Origin: Patescibacteria group bacterium | GTDB taxonomy: Bacteria; Patescibacteriota; Minisyncoccia; Phycocordibacterales; PALSA-1337 | Direction of reading: 5' to 3' | Assembly (NCBI GenBank): GCA_038061795.1 | Contig: JBBTYL010000001.1 | Span: 1,801-65,800, forward strand | Length of the DNA stretch: 64,000 nucleotides | Part shown: positions 55,255-63,681 of the stretch, piece by piece | Layout: each line of letters starts with the position of its first letter | How positions within the stretch are numbered: the stretch's first letter is position 1 | Position numbers and translations under genes: made by a program | Notes under the pieces: model-generated | Databases searched by the model: none | What the model saw: only the letters and a program-made list of their open reading frames with translations | What the model was told of the DNA's origin: nothing

Positions 55255-55629
55255 ATGAATATAAACATCAAAACAACGACGATCAGTTTGACGCCGGCGA
55301 TTTCAGAGTATGTCGAGAAGAGATTGCGTTCCATCGAAGGCTTCCTGCAAGGAGACACGACAGCTCAATGCGACATCGAGCTTGCCAGGACGACGAACCA
55401 TCACAAGCAAGGGGATATCTTCAAGGCCGAAGTCCATATCGTCGCGATGGATACTAATATCTACGCGAGTGTGGAAAAGGAGGATCTTTATGCAGCTATT
55501 GATATCGTGAAAGACGAGGTCATCAGGAAGCTCAAGTCATCGAAGGATAAGAAGCAATCTCTTGTGCGTCGCGGAGGGGCACAAGTAAAAAATATTCTCA
55601 AGGGATTCTGGCCTGGCAAATCAAACTAG
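55255..55629 (+). CDS. hpf: Ribosome hibernation factor (HPF/RaiA family)
   Basis: MNINIKTTTISLTPAISEYVEKRL...DLYAAIDIVKDEV pattern. Confidence 0.85.
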   Translation: MNINIKTTTISLTPAISEYVEKRLRSIEGFLQGDTTAQCDIELARTTNHHKQGDIFKAEVHIVAMDTNIYASVEKEDLYAAIDIVKDEVIRKLKSSKDKKQSLVRRGGAQVKNILKGFWPGKSN

Positions 55630-55633
55630 ATCC

Positions 55634-55792
55634 ATGCCGACATTTTTCAAGCAGAAAGTGAATCAATGGCTCTGCATCGCTCTCATCGGGCTCATGTGCT
55701 TCTGGACGGTCTTGTATTATTTGACCAACAAGGCAGAGGCGATAGGGAATTCTCTCGTGGCCGATAGCCACAGCGTCTTAGGAAACAATTAA
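55634..55792 (+). CDS. Possible small membrane protein (52 aa)
   Basis: The ATG lies 4 nt after the hpf stop. One TM helix (WLCIALIGLMCFWTVLYYL). Below the ORF-track cutoff. The 3' end overlaps the fmt 3' end. Confidence 0.3.
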   Translation: MPTFFKQKVNQWLCIALIGLMCFWTVLYYLTNKAEAIGNSLVADSHSVLGNN

Positions 55793-56629
55793 ATTCGCAT
55801 AATCCGTCTCCGATTTTCCTTCAGGAATTACTTTTTCTAGTATAAGTTTTCCATTTACGAAGGAAGCCTGAGTGATTTTCACTCTGATTTTCTTGCCTTC
55901 TTTTTCGATGAAGAAAAAAGCCGAGGGCCAGCCGTGATAAGCTTGGATCTTCAGGTAATTCTTGTAGGGGTCATCGTTGAGATCGATTAAGCCGTCACCT
56001 TTCTCTATTTTTTTTGTGAAGGTAGCTTGCGAATGATCCTGTTCGATTTCAGGGAGCTTGCCGGAAACCCAGTCAGGCAGAGTGGAAATAAGCAGCTCAT
56101 TTCCAGCTCGCACTATTGCATTGCCCAGAATTTCCGCGTGGGGTGGCCATGGTTCAACAATGACATTCTTCATCGCAATGATCGGTCCGTGATCCATTTC
56201 GCTGTCCATGCGTATGATGGTAACGCCGGTATTTTTTTGATCTTCCAAAAGGGCGGTCTCGATAGGGCATGATCCCCGGTATTTCGGTAGAAGCGAGCCA
56301 TGAATGTTGAGCGACTTTGATTTTGGAATATTTAAAATCTCATCAGGGATTATTTTTCCATAGGCGATGACGACGAAAATATCGCACTCGAATTTCTTAA
56401 GCGAACCGATGAAAGCGGGATCACGCAGCTTTTCTGGTTGAAGGACAGGTACCTTATGTTGTTCTGACCAAACTTTTGTAGGAGGGGGAGTCATGAGCAT
56501 TTTTCTGCCTTGAGGACGATCAGGCATAGTCACGACAAAGGCAATGTCAAAACCAGCTTGATGCAGCGCATCAAGCGTCATAACGGCATAGTCCGGTGTT
56601 CCAAAAAATCCTATTTTAATTTTTTTCAT
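55778..56629 (-). CDS. fmt: Methionyl-tRNA formyltransferase
   Basis: IGFFGTPDYAV and NIHGSLLPKYRG motifs. Lies downstream of def. Confidence 0.92.
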   Translation of the reverse strand: MKKIKIGFFGTPDYAVMTLDALHQAGFDIAFVVTMPDRPQGRKMLMTPPPTKVWSEQHKVPVLQPEKLRDPAFIGSLKKFECDIFVVIAYGKIIPDEILNIPKSKSLNIHGSLLPKYRGSCPIETALLEDQKNTGVTIIRMDSEMDHGPIIAMKNVIVEPWPPHAEILGNAIVRAGNELLISTLPDWVSGKLPEIEQDHSQATFTKKIEKGDGLIDLNDDPYKNYLKIQAYHGWPSAFFFIEKEGKKIRVKITQASFVNGKLILEKVIPEGKSETDYANLIVS

Positions 56630-57152
56630 TTTCTAATTCTTCTGGCGGGATGTCTTGAATATCAAACGCCTTATCAATAAAAAGAGTGCCATCGAGATGA
56701 TCGGTCTCGTGCTGGAACACCTGGGCAAGAAGCCCGCTTGCTCCCCGCACGACTTTTTCTCCGAGTTCGTTATATCCGCTGACCGTAGCCTTGATTGATC
56801 TTTTAACTTTGCCGTATTTCCAGCGCACTGAAAGGCAGCCCTCTTCGACTTCGTGCTTGCCGCGAGAAAGCTTGGCTATTTCCGGATTGATGAAGACGAG
56901 GTCGCGCCCGATGCTTTTGTATTCCTTGTCAGCTTCTTTCATAATTGCATCGGAAACGACAAATATCCTGAGAGGTTCACCGATCTGCGGAGCGGCGATT
57001 GCCACGCCGTCTTTCTGCGATGCCATGGCTTTTTTCATATCAGAAACGACCTTCTGGATTCTGGCAGAAGAAATGTCTTTGAGAGGCACGGTCTGAGCGC
57101 ATTCCCGCAGTACAGGATCGCCGTCTTGGACTATGTTTGGCGTTGCATTCAT
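56616..57152 (-). CDS. def: Peptide deformylase
   Basis: GVAIAAPQIG, EGCLS and HETDHL motifs. Confidence 0.95.
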   Translation of the reverse strand: MNATPNIVQDGDPVLRECAQTVPLKDISSARIQKVVSDMKKAMASQKDGVAIAAPQIGEPLRIFVVSDAIMKEADKEYKSIGRDLVFINPEIAKLSRGKHEVEEGCLSVRWKYGKVKRSIKATVSGYNELGEKVVRGASGLLAQVFQHETDHLDGTLFIDKAFDIQDIPPEELENEKN

Positions 57153-57165
57153 TGGTTAAAATGTA

Positions 57166-59070
57166 CTACAAAAGCGTCTCTGGGTCTACTTTCACGACAA
57201 TAGAGGGGGAAAGAGACCGAAGCTTTTCCAGGATATCGCGGTCGGGCCACTTTTCACGAGGCAATCTCAAAAGGCCATGCAAAACGAAATTTTCTCGGAC
57301 CGTGTGTGTAAAAGCAGGAAACACTTCAACCTCATAAGGATCAAGGACGTTCTGTGCCTCTTCCATTTCCTTTACTATCTTCTCTTTTTTGCCTTCGAGT
57401 GTCAGCTTGATGAGTGTAGTGAAGGGGGGATATTTAAATTTTTCTCGTTCGGAGATGGCGCCTCTATAGAAGTCACTCATGTTTCCTTTGAGTCCGTATT
57501 CGAAAACCTTTTCATCTGATTTTCGGGTCTGCACGATGAATTGCTTCGTTGTCAGCGTCCTGACGCGGATGAGCATGTAAAGTATTTTTTCCTGTATGCG
57601 GAAATCGGGAAGAGCAAAGAGGGAATCGAGGGAAATGATCGCCGAATTCTCAACTTTCTCGTGGAGGTATTGGAGCATCATCTCGGTGCCGATGAGGATG
57701 CTTCCCGGCTTGGCTTTGAATTTCTGAACCACACCCGCGATATCCTTGTCCTCCTTTGCAGAATCAGAATCAATCTTGAATATCGTGATCTCGGGAAATT
57801 TGCTCTTTATCTTCTCGATGACAAGGTCGATGCCGATGCCGACTACGCCGAGCTTCCAGCTTCCGCAGACCTTGCAGTATTCCTCTGTTGACCTGCGTTC
57901 ACCGCATCGATGGCAGAGGAAGTAGCTTTTTTCAGAGTTGCCAGCACTCTTGTGGAGCACGACAGGAGAGCTGCACTTGTTGCACGTCACGATGTTCTGG
58001 CAATCGCCGCAGACGGTCGTGGGAGCAACGCCGCGCCTCGTGGCGAGGATGATCATCTGTTCGCTTTCATTTTTCGTCCTATTGATCAGCCTCTCCGCCT
58101 CGTCAGAAAGGATCTTGAAGCTGGCATTCGGGCTTTTGTAGGCTTTCATGTCGACAAGCGTATCTCCGGCGGTGCTTAGGGATCTGAATTTGAAAGGGGA
58201 AGCCTGCACGAGTTCGCCCTCATGCTCGCGCCAGAGCGTTTCTACCCGGAGGAAATTATCGGCATAAAATATCTTGATTCCTCTTTTGTCTGCGAGGACT
58301 TCGGCGATATAGCGGACATCAAGAAATGGCCGGCGAGGAACCTTGTAGGTCTTGCTGCTCTCGCGTTCGACAACAATAGTTTCGATATCGTCACGGGGGA
58401 AGGAAAGAAATCCTCCTGTTGCGATCACGACGATCGGATGTTCTTCATTTAGTGCCTTGTTCCATTTCTCTATGATGACTTTCGGCGTCATCGAGCCATG
58501 CAAAAGCATGGCGTATCCCTCGATGCCTTTTTCGAGAAGCTCGAATGCTCGTTCAGCATCTTCTATCGTCGGCACAAGGAAGAAGACAGAACGCTTCTTT
58601 GCAAATTCCTGACGGATAAGGCTCTTCCATGTTCCATAGCGCTCATCGTCATCGCCTTGCACGACATACTTTTCTTTGATTGTTTTTAATTCAACATCTT
58701 TGCCATCTTTTTTCTTTTCCGTTTTCAATTTTCCTATATTCTTTAAAATATATTCAGGAACAAGCACGTCGAGAATAGCCCCGACGCTCGTCGCATAATA
58801 GTCAGCGGCTTCCTGTACCATGTCCATGAAGGGCTTCGAGAAGAATTCAGAGCTTTTGATCTTATCGATTTTCTTCAAGGCGTATCCTGCGCTTTTTATT
58901 TCTCCCTTCATATCCTCGGCTTTTCGCGAAGAGATCACGATCCCATGGATTTTTTTTGAACGCAAAGGAACATCGACAAGGGCGCCGATAGGCAGCTCAA
59001 GGGAGGTGAAGTATGAAAGGGTATCGGTGCCGATTCCGCGGCTTATCGGGATAACCTCGATGATGTTCAT
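57166..59070 (-). CDS. priA: PriA-like primosomal protein with degenerate ATPase motifs
   Basis: N-terminal 3'-DNA-binding-type domain, Cys-rich zinc region (CGDC...CNKC...CHRC...CKVC) and PriA C-terminal pattern. Walker A, DExH and SAT positions read GDDDERYGTW, VVERES and YADNF. Confidence 0.8.
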   Translation of the reverse strand: MNIIEVIPISRGIGTDTLSYFTSLELPIGALVDVPLRSKKIHGIVISSRKAEDMKGEIKSAGYALKKIDKIKSSEFFSKPFMDMVQEAADYYATSVGAILDVLVPEYILKNIGKLKTEKKKDGKDVELKTIKEKYVVQGDDDERYGTWKSLIRQEFAKKRSVFFLVPTIEDAERAFELLEKGIEGYAMLLHGSMTPKVIIEKWNKALNEEHPIVVIATGGFLSFPRDDIETIVVERESSKTYKVPRRPFLDVRYIAEVLADKRGIKIFYADNFLRVETLWREHEGELVQASPFKFRSLSTAGDTLVDMKAYKSPNASFKILSDEAERLINRTKNESEQMIILATRRGVAPTTVCGDCQNIVTCNKCSSPVVLHKSAGNSEKSYFLCHRCGERRSTEEYCKVCGSWKLGVVGIGIDLVIEKIKSKFPEITIFKIDSDSAKEDKDIAGVVQKFKAKPGSILIGTEMMLQYLHEKVENSAIISLDSLFALPDFRIQEKILYMLIRVRTLTTKQFIVQTRKSDEKVFEYGLKGNMSDFYRGAISEREKFKYPPFTTLIKLTLEGKKEKIVKEMEEAQNVLDPYEVEVFPAFTHTVRENFVLHGLLRLPREKWPDRDILEKLRSLSPSIVVKVDPETLL

Positions 59071-59229
59071 AGCACTATACTACACCCAAAAGTCTCTTTA
59101 CTTAATATCCTGTTTTGTTGTAAAATGCTTAAGTCGCAAAACGACTGGTGGAGTAGCAAGATCACATCTTGATCCCAATCAGACAACACAGAGGCCCCTT
59201 CGGGGGCTTTTGTGTTTTTATATTATATT

Positions 59230-60780
59230 TTACAAATCCCTGAACGTCTCAATCTTTGCACCGATTGCGTTCAATCGTTCTGCGAGATCCTCGTATCCGC
59301 GGTTGATGTTGTAGACATTCTTTAGGACAGAAGTCCCGGGTGCAGCAAGCATGGCAAGCATGATGATGACGGAAGGGCGGAGTGCGGGCGGGGCAATGAT
59401 ATCGGCAGCTCTCCATTTTGTTGGACCTTTTATATAGAAGCGATGAGGATCGGCGAGGATGGTATCCGCGCCAAGCTTTTCCAGCTCTTTATAATAAGAA
59501 GCCCTTTCTTCATATACCCAATCATGAATGAAAGTTTGTCCTTCCGCCACGGCTCCTACAATGACGAAGAATGGAAGATTATCCATATTGAGTCCTGGAT
59601 ATGGCTGGGCGTGGATCTTTTCTTCGAGAGCAACGAGCTTCGAAGGAAATGTCTTTATGTCGACAAGATTTACTTTTCCATTCTCGCCTTTATATCTTTT
59701 TTTGATCTCATATTTGAATCCCATCTTTTCAAGCTTTAGAAGTTCGAGCTCTAGGAAGTCGATTGGAGACCGTTCGATCGTGATGGATGAATTGGTCACA
59801 ATCGCTGCTGTAATGAGCGACATGGCTTCTATTGGATCTTCGCCAACAGTGTATTCTGCTTTAGTATTTATATCCTTTTTTCCATGAACAGTAAGAGTGG
59901 AAGTTCCTATTCCTTCTATTTTCACTCCAAGAAGCTCAAGATAGAAGCAGACATCTTGAACCTGATAATTAGCTGAGGCGAATTTGATGACCGTCGTTTC
60001 GGGAATTCTTGCTGCTGCCATGAGAACGGTTTCTGTAACAGTATCGCCGGCTTCATAGAGAATTATTTCACGGCCAGTAAGGCCGTTATGCGAAATCTCA
60101 TAATGATCCGATTTCGTTTCGATTTTTACTCCGAGATTTTCAAATGAATAGAAATAAGGCTTTACAGTACGAGAACCAAGTCGGCAACCACCACCTTGCG
60201 GGAGATTAAACGAATTAAATTCGTGAATCAAAGGACCCATGAGCATGATACCCCCTCGAGTTTTTGCCATTTGCTCTGCAATCTTTTCATCAATCTTATC
60301 GATACCAACTTTCTTTGGCGGAGTGATGATGAGGTCGCTGCCGCTTCTATTTTCTTTCCATTCGACTTTCACTCCAATGCTTTCAAGGACTTCTGCAATG
60401 CGATGGACCTCCTCGATCTTTGGAGCATTCTTTATGACTGTAACTCCTTTATTCAAAAGGGAAGCGCACATGACACCTACTGCACCGTTCTTCGAAGTTC
60501 TTACTTTTATAGTTCCAGAAAGCTTATGGCCGCCTTCAATGCGGAAATTTACCGTGCCTTTCGGAGCAATGGTGATTATTTCATGATTGAGTGCCTTGCT
60601 GATTTTTGAGAGAGTTTCAGTGCTCAAGTTTTGTTCACCTTTTTCAATACGTGCGATGACGCTTTGTGTGGTGCCAGTTTTTTCTGCAAGCTCCTGTTGC
60701 GTCATACGTGCATCTTCACGCAGTTGGCTAATCATAGTTCCGATATGGGATAAAGGGTCTTTTTTGTTTGAATCTTTCAT
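59230..60780 (-). CDS. murA: UDP-N-acetylglucosamine 1-carboxyvinyltransferase with an N-terminal XRE-type HTH
   Basis: Residues ~15-70 are an XRE HTH (MTQQELAEKTGTTQSVIARIEKGEQN). MurA starts at FRIEGGHKLSGTIKV. The active-site region is LPQGGGCRLGSR. Confidence 0.85.
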   Translation of the reverse strand: MKDSNKKDPLSHIGTMISQLREDARMTQQELAEKTGTTQSVIARIEKGEQNLSTETLSKISKALNHEIITIAPKGTVNFRIEGGHKLSGTIKVRTSKNGAVGVMCASLLNKGVTVIKNAPKIEEVHRIAEVLESIGVKVEWKENRSGSDLIITPPKKVGIDKIDEKIAEQMAKTRGGIMLMGPLIHEFNSFNLPQGGGCRLGSRTVKPYFYSFENLGVKIETKSDHYEISHNGLTGREIILYEAGDTVTETVLMAAARIPETTVIKFASANYQVQDVCFYLELLGVKIEGIGTSTLTVHGKKDINTKAEYTVGEDPIEAMSLITAAIVTNSSITIERSPIDFLELELLKLEKMGFKYEIKKRYKGENGKVNLVDIKTFPSKLVALEEKIHAQPYPGLNMDNLPFFVIVGAVAEGQTFIHDWVYEERASYYKELEKLGADTILADPHRFYIKGPTKWRAADIIAPPALRPSVIIMLAMLAAPGTSVLKNVYNINRGYEDLAERLNAIGAKIETFRDL

Positions 60781-60872
60781 ATGAGATATATTATAGCATA
60801 TACGCTATATGAATCAATAGATTGAAAATGTGGACAAATAGAGTATGATTGTCCATACAATATCACCAGAAA

Positions 60873-61886
60873 ATGAACTTCTTCTCCCAAAAGCTCGGAA
60901 TAGACCTCGGTACGGCGAATACGTTGGTTTTTGTGCCGGGAAAGGGAATCGTTCTCAATGAGCCGTCTGTTGTGGCAGTGTCTGAACAGGACAAGAAAGT
61001 TCTTGCGGTAGGGTTCGAGGCGAAGGAAATGATCGGAAGGACTCCGGACAATATTATTGCCTATCGTCCTGTGCGCGATGGAGTGATCGCTGACTATCGC
61101 GTGACTGAAGCAATGCTTCGCTACTTCATCGACAAGGCTCTCGGAAAGTGGAATATCTTCAAGCCTGAAGTGATGGTTTCTGTGCCAGCCGGGATTACTT
61201 CTACAGAACGACGTGCAGTGGTAGAAGCTGCCATTCGTGCCGGAGCTCGAAATGCTTTCGTTGTGAAAGAACCGATCCTTGCTGCCATAGGCGCAGGAAT
61301 TCCGATTCAGGAAGCGTGCGGACACATGATCGTGGATATCGGAGGAGGAACGACTGATGTGGCCGTGATTTCTCTCGGAGGTATCGTCGCGTCGACTTCG
61401 GTGAAGTGCGCAGGGAATCGCATCGATGGGGCGATTGCAGACTATATAAAGAAGACATTCAATCTCGCGATCGGGGACAAGATGGCTGAGGATATAAAAA
61501 TTAAAATAGGATCGGCGATTCCTCTCGATGATGAGCTTGTGATGCAGGTACGCGGCCGGGATTTCATTTCTGGACTTCCTCGCTCAACAGAAGTGAAGAC
61601 GAATGAAGTGGTGAAGGCTATCAACAAAGAACTTAGGGATATGATCAAGGCCATTAAGGATGTCTTGCAGGAGACACCTCCGGAATTGGCGGCGGACATT
61701 ATTGATCAAGGCATCACGATGACCGGAGGATCATCAATGCTCCGCAATTTTCCAGAACTTGTTTTTCGTCGTACCGGCGTGAAGGCTCGACTTGCGGACG
61801 ATGCGCTCTACTGTGTAGCGAAGGGGACAGGTATCGCTCTTGAGCATTTGGATACGTATAAGAAGAGTATTATCTCGAAGCGGTAG
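60873..61886 (+). CDS. mreB: Rod-shape protein MreB
   Basis: GIDLGTANTLVF, DIGGGTTDVAV and GGSSMLRNF motifs. I prefer ATG 60873 over the TTG at 60849. Confidence 0.93.
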   Translation: MNFFSQKLGIDLGTANTLVFVPGKGIVLNEPSVVAVSEQDKKVLAVGFEAKEMIGRTPDNIIAYRPVRDGVIADYRVTEAMLRYFIDKALGKWNIFKPEVMVSVPAGITSTERRAVVEAAIRAGARNAFVVKEPILAAIGAGIPIQEACGHMIVDIGGGTTDVAVISLGGIVASTSVKCAGNRIDGAIADYIKKTFNLAIGDKMAEDIKIKIGSAIPLDDELVMQVRGRDFISGLPRSTEVKTNEVVKAINKELRDMIKAIKDVLQETPPELAADIIDQGITMTGGSSMLRNFPELVFRRTGVKARLADDALYCVAKGTGIALEHLDTYKKSIISKR

Positions 61887-61925
61887 GGCTAAGGACTGGA
61901 AAATAAAAAAGGATAATTAAGGAAC

Positions 61926-61945
61926 GGCTCAACAGAGCCTTTTTT
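61926..61945 (+). terminator. Rho-independent terminator after mreB
   Basis: GGCTC-aaca-GAGCC followed by TTTTTT. Confidence 0.75.
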
Positions 61946-61976
61946 CGTATTTATATACCATAAATTATAGAAGTGC

Positions 61977-62004
61977 TTGACAAATATTTCTAGCATGATA
62001 TACT
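61977..62004 (+). promoter_or_regulatory. Strong sigma-70-type promoter of an ORF-less unit
   Basis: TTGACA (61977-82), 16-nt spacer, extended -10 TGaTATACT (61996-62004). Confidence 0.65.
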
Positions 62005-62010
62005 ATCCAA

Positions 62011-62452
62011 TGAAAGTTCGTTGTTGGATTTATGTCAAGACTGGTTGACCTATCACATGGACCAGCCAAAGTTGGGCGTTAGTTGTGGGGAAATGGTTTG
62101 CGATTCTCCATTGCCTTACTTTAGTCATTCGAGCAGACTAGCACTTCTTCATTTTTGACATTAGAAAGAAGATGGCCTCTCAATAGAGTTGGCGAGCTAA
62201 GTGTTGGAAAGTGTCTATATGTGATTATGGAAGTGAATATCTGAAAGCGATACCACTAAAGTAATCATATGAAGCAATCATTAGGATTGCATTTGTTTCG
62301 CAAGCTTTCTGCCTAGGGTGAGGGGGTAGCTGGTGAGTGTCAGATCAACACTTTCCAAATTCAAAATCCTCGAGAACGCCAGGTTCTCATAGCCCACTTG
62401 TTTGTCAGTCGTCGGTTGGAGGGCTCACACAGTCGTGAGTCCTCCTTTTTCT
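62011..62452 (+). ncRNA. Candidate large structured RNA (~440 nt, unclassified)
   Basis: No ORF longer than ~33 codons. Has an 11-bp long-range pairing TTGGAAAGTGT (62203-13)/ACACTTTCCAA (62348-58), local hairpins such as GCAATC-attag-GATTGC, and ends in the terminator GGAGGGCTCAC/GTGAGTCCTCC+T5 (62418-62450). Confidence 0.45.
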
Positions 62453-62482
62453 TTATCTAAACAAAAGTTGTACAATAAGCCT

Positions 62483-63151
62483 ATGAGTCTCTTTGCCTAC
62501 ATCCACACCCTCTCTCACCACGCCTATTTCATTCACTCCTTCAAAGATAGTGCCCAGAAGCTTAAGGAACATCTTTTGAATACATTTCACATCCATCACA
62601 CGCAAAATCCAGATTTTTTTCATGAAAAATTCGAGACGCTCGGCATAGACGAGAGCAGAAAGATAAAGGAAATGCATCTTTCGAAGAGCTTTGTGGAGGG
62701 AAATAAGAAAATTTTCATAATCGAAGCTTCGGGAATGACTCATGAGGCTCAGAATTCCTTGCTCAAGATTTTTGAGGAACCGCATGAGCACAGCCATTTC
62801 TTCTTGATGATGCCTTCGGCTGATGTTCTTCTTCCGACATTGCGATCGCGCCTTCTGATTCTGGATAAGCAGGAAAATGAAGGATCCTCTCCTGAAGTTG
62901 AAAAGTTTCTTAAATTATCTAAGAAAGATAAAGTAGCTTTCGTCGATGATTTGGCAAAAAGAATAAGCGATGAGGAAGCAACAAAATCAGACGCTCTTAC
63001 ATTTCTCGCTAACCTGGAATCAGCCTTGCATGCAAAGGGAATCGAAAAGAATTCAAACGCCTTGAAGGCAATATTAAAAGCACGTGATTACATGAACGAC
63101 CGCTCGCCTTCAGTAAAGCAGCTTTTGGAATATGTTGCGCTCATGTGCTAA
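62483..63151 (+). CDS. holB: DNA polymerase III delta' subunit (short form)
   Basis: MTHEAQNSLLKIFEEP...LLPTLRSRL motifs. I prefer ATG 62483 (TACAAT at 62471-76), because the ORF-track start at 62402 would read through a terminator. Confidence 0.8.
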   Translation: MSLFAYIHTLSHHAYFIHSFKDSAQKLKEHLLNTFHIHHTQNPDFFHEKFETLGIDESRKIKEMHLSKSFVEGNKKIFIIEASGMTHEAQNSLLKIFEEPHEHSHFFLMMPSADVLLPTLRSRLLILDKQENEGSSPEVEKFLKLSKKDKVAFVDDLAKRISDEEATKSDALTFLANLESALHAKGIEKNSNALKAILKARDYMNDRSPSVKQLLEYVALMC

Positions 63152-63681
63152 GCTATTCTGTGCGATCTTGGATCAAGGAGGCAAAAAAACGATACTGCTT
63201 GTTTGGCCTCACAACTGCGCCGGCACTGCATCTATCAGACAACCCAAATCGCGACGACAGGCCGAGTCTCTAACCTCAACGTGTGGGAGGGGACTCGGCC
63301 TTATTTTATTGTGCACAGCATCTTTTTGCATGCAAGATGAATACCTGATATTCTAAATCCAGATCCGCTTTTCATATGTTGCGTCGCGTTTACGCATCTC
63401 ATGCGTCGATGGCAATGTTGAAGCGGTGCCGAAACAAAAAGCAGAGACAACTGTTATGAAAAACAACACGTTAGGAAACGGCGTTCGAGGTTCTCCCTAC
63501 AGCTCTACAGCCAGCGATTGGGCCTTGGCTAAAAAGAAAGGCGGCGGAATTCAGAAAAACCCAACATGCGGGAAAGGAGCGTGATCTTTCATCTAGCAAG
63601 AAGTCGAAGTCGGCTGTCTTGCGCCAGGACGTCGGGTCCTGGTTTTTTTATTTTCAAAATCAAATATGGTATACTACCCTT

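Noticed and set aside
62011-62452. RNase P RNA or tmRNA identity for the 440-nt unit.
   Set aside because: There is no GAGGAAAGTCC/ACAGAA...GGCTTA P4 elements. There is also no GGGG...TTCGAC 5' end, T-arm GGTTCGAATCC, or tag reading frame ending in a hydrophobic AA-stop.
62402-62482. The upstream start for holB at 62402.
   Set aside because: It would translate through the terminator hairpin at 62418-62450. ATG 62483 is preceded by a TACAAT -10 box, and the conserved protein sequence begins there.
63175-63181. AAGGAGG as the RBS of an unannotated gene after holB.
   Set aside because: There is no ATG, GTG or TTG within a usable distance. The only in-frame continuation runs through the downstream terminator.
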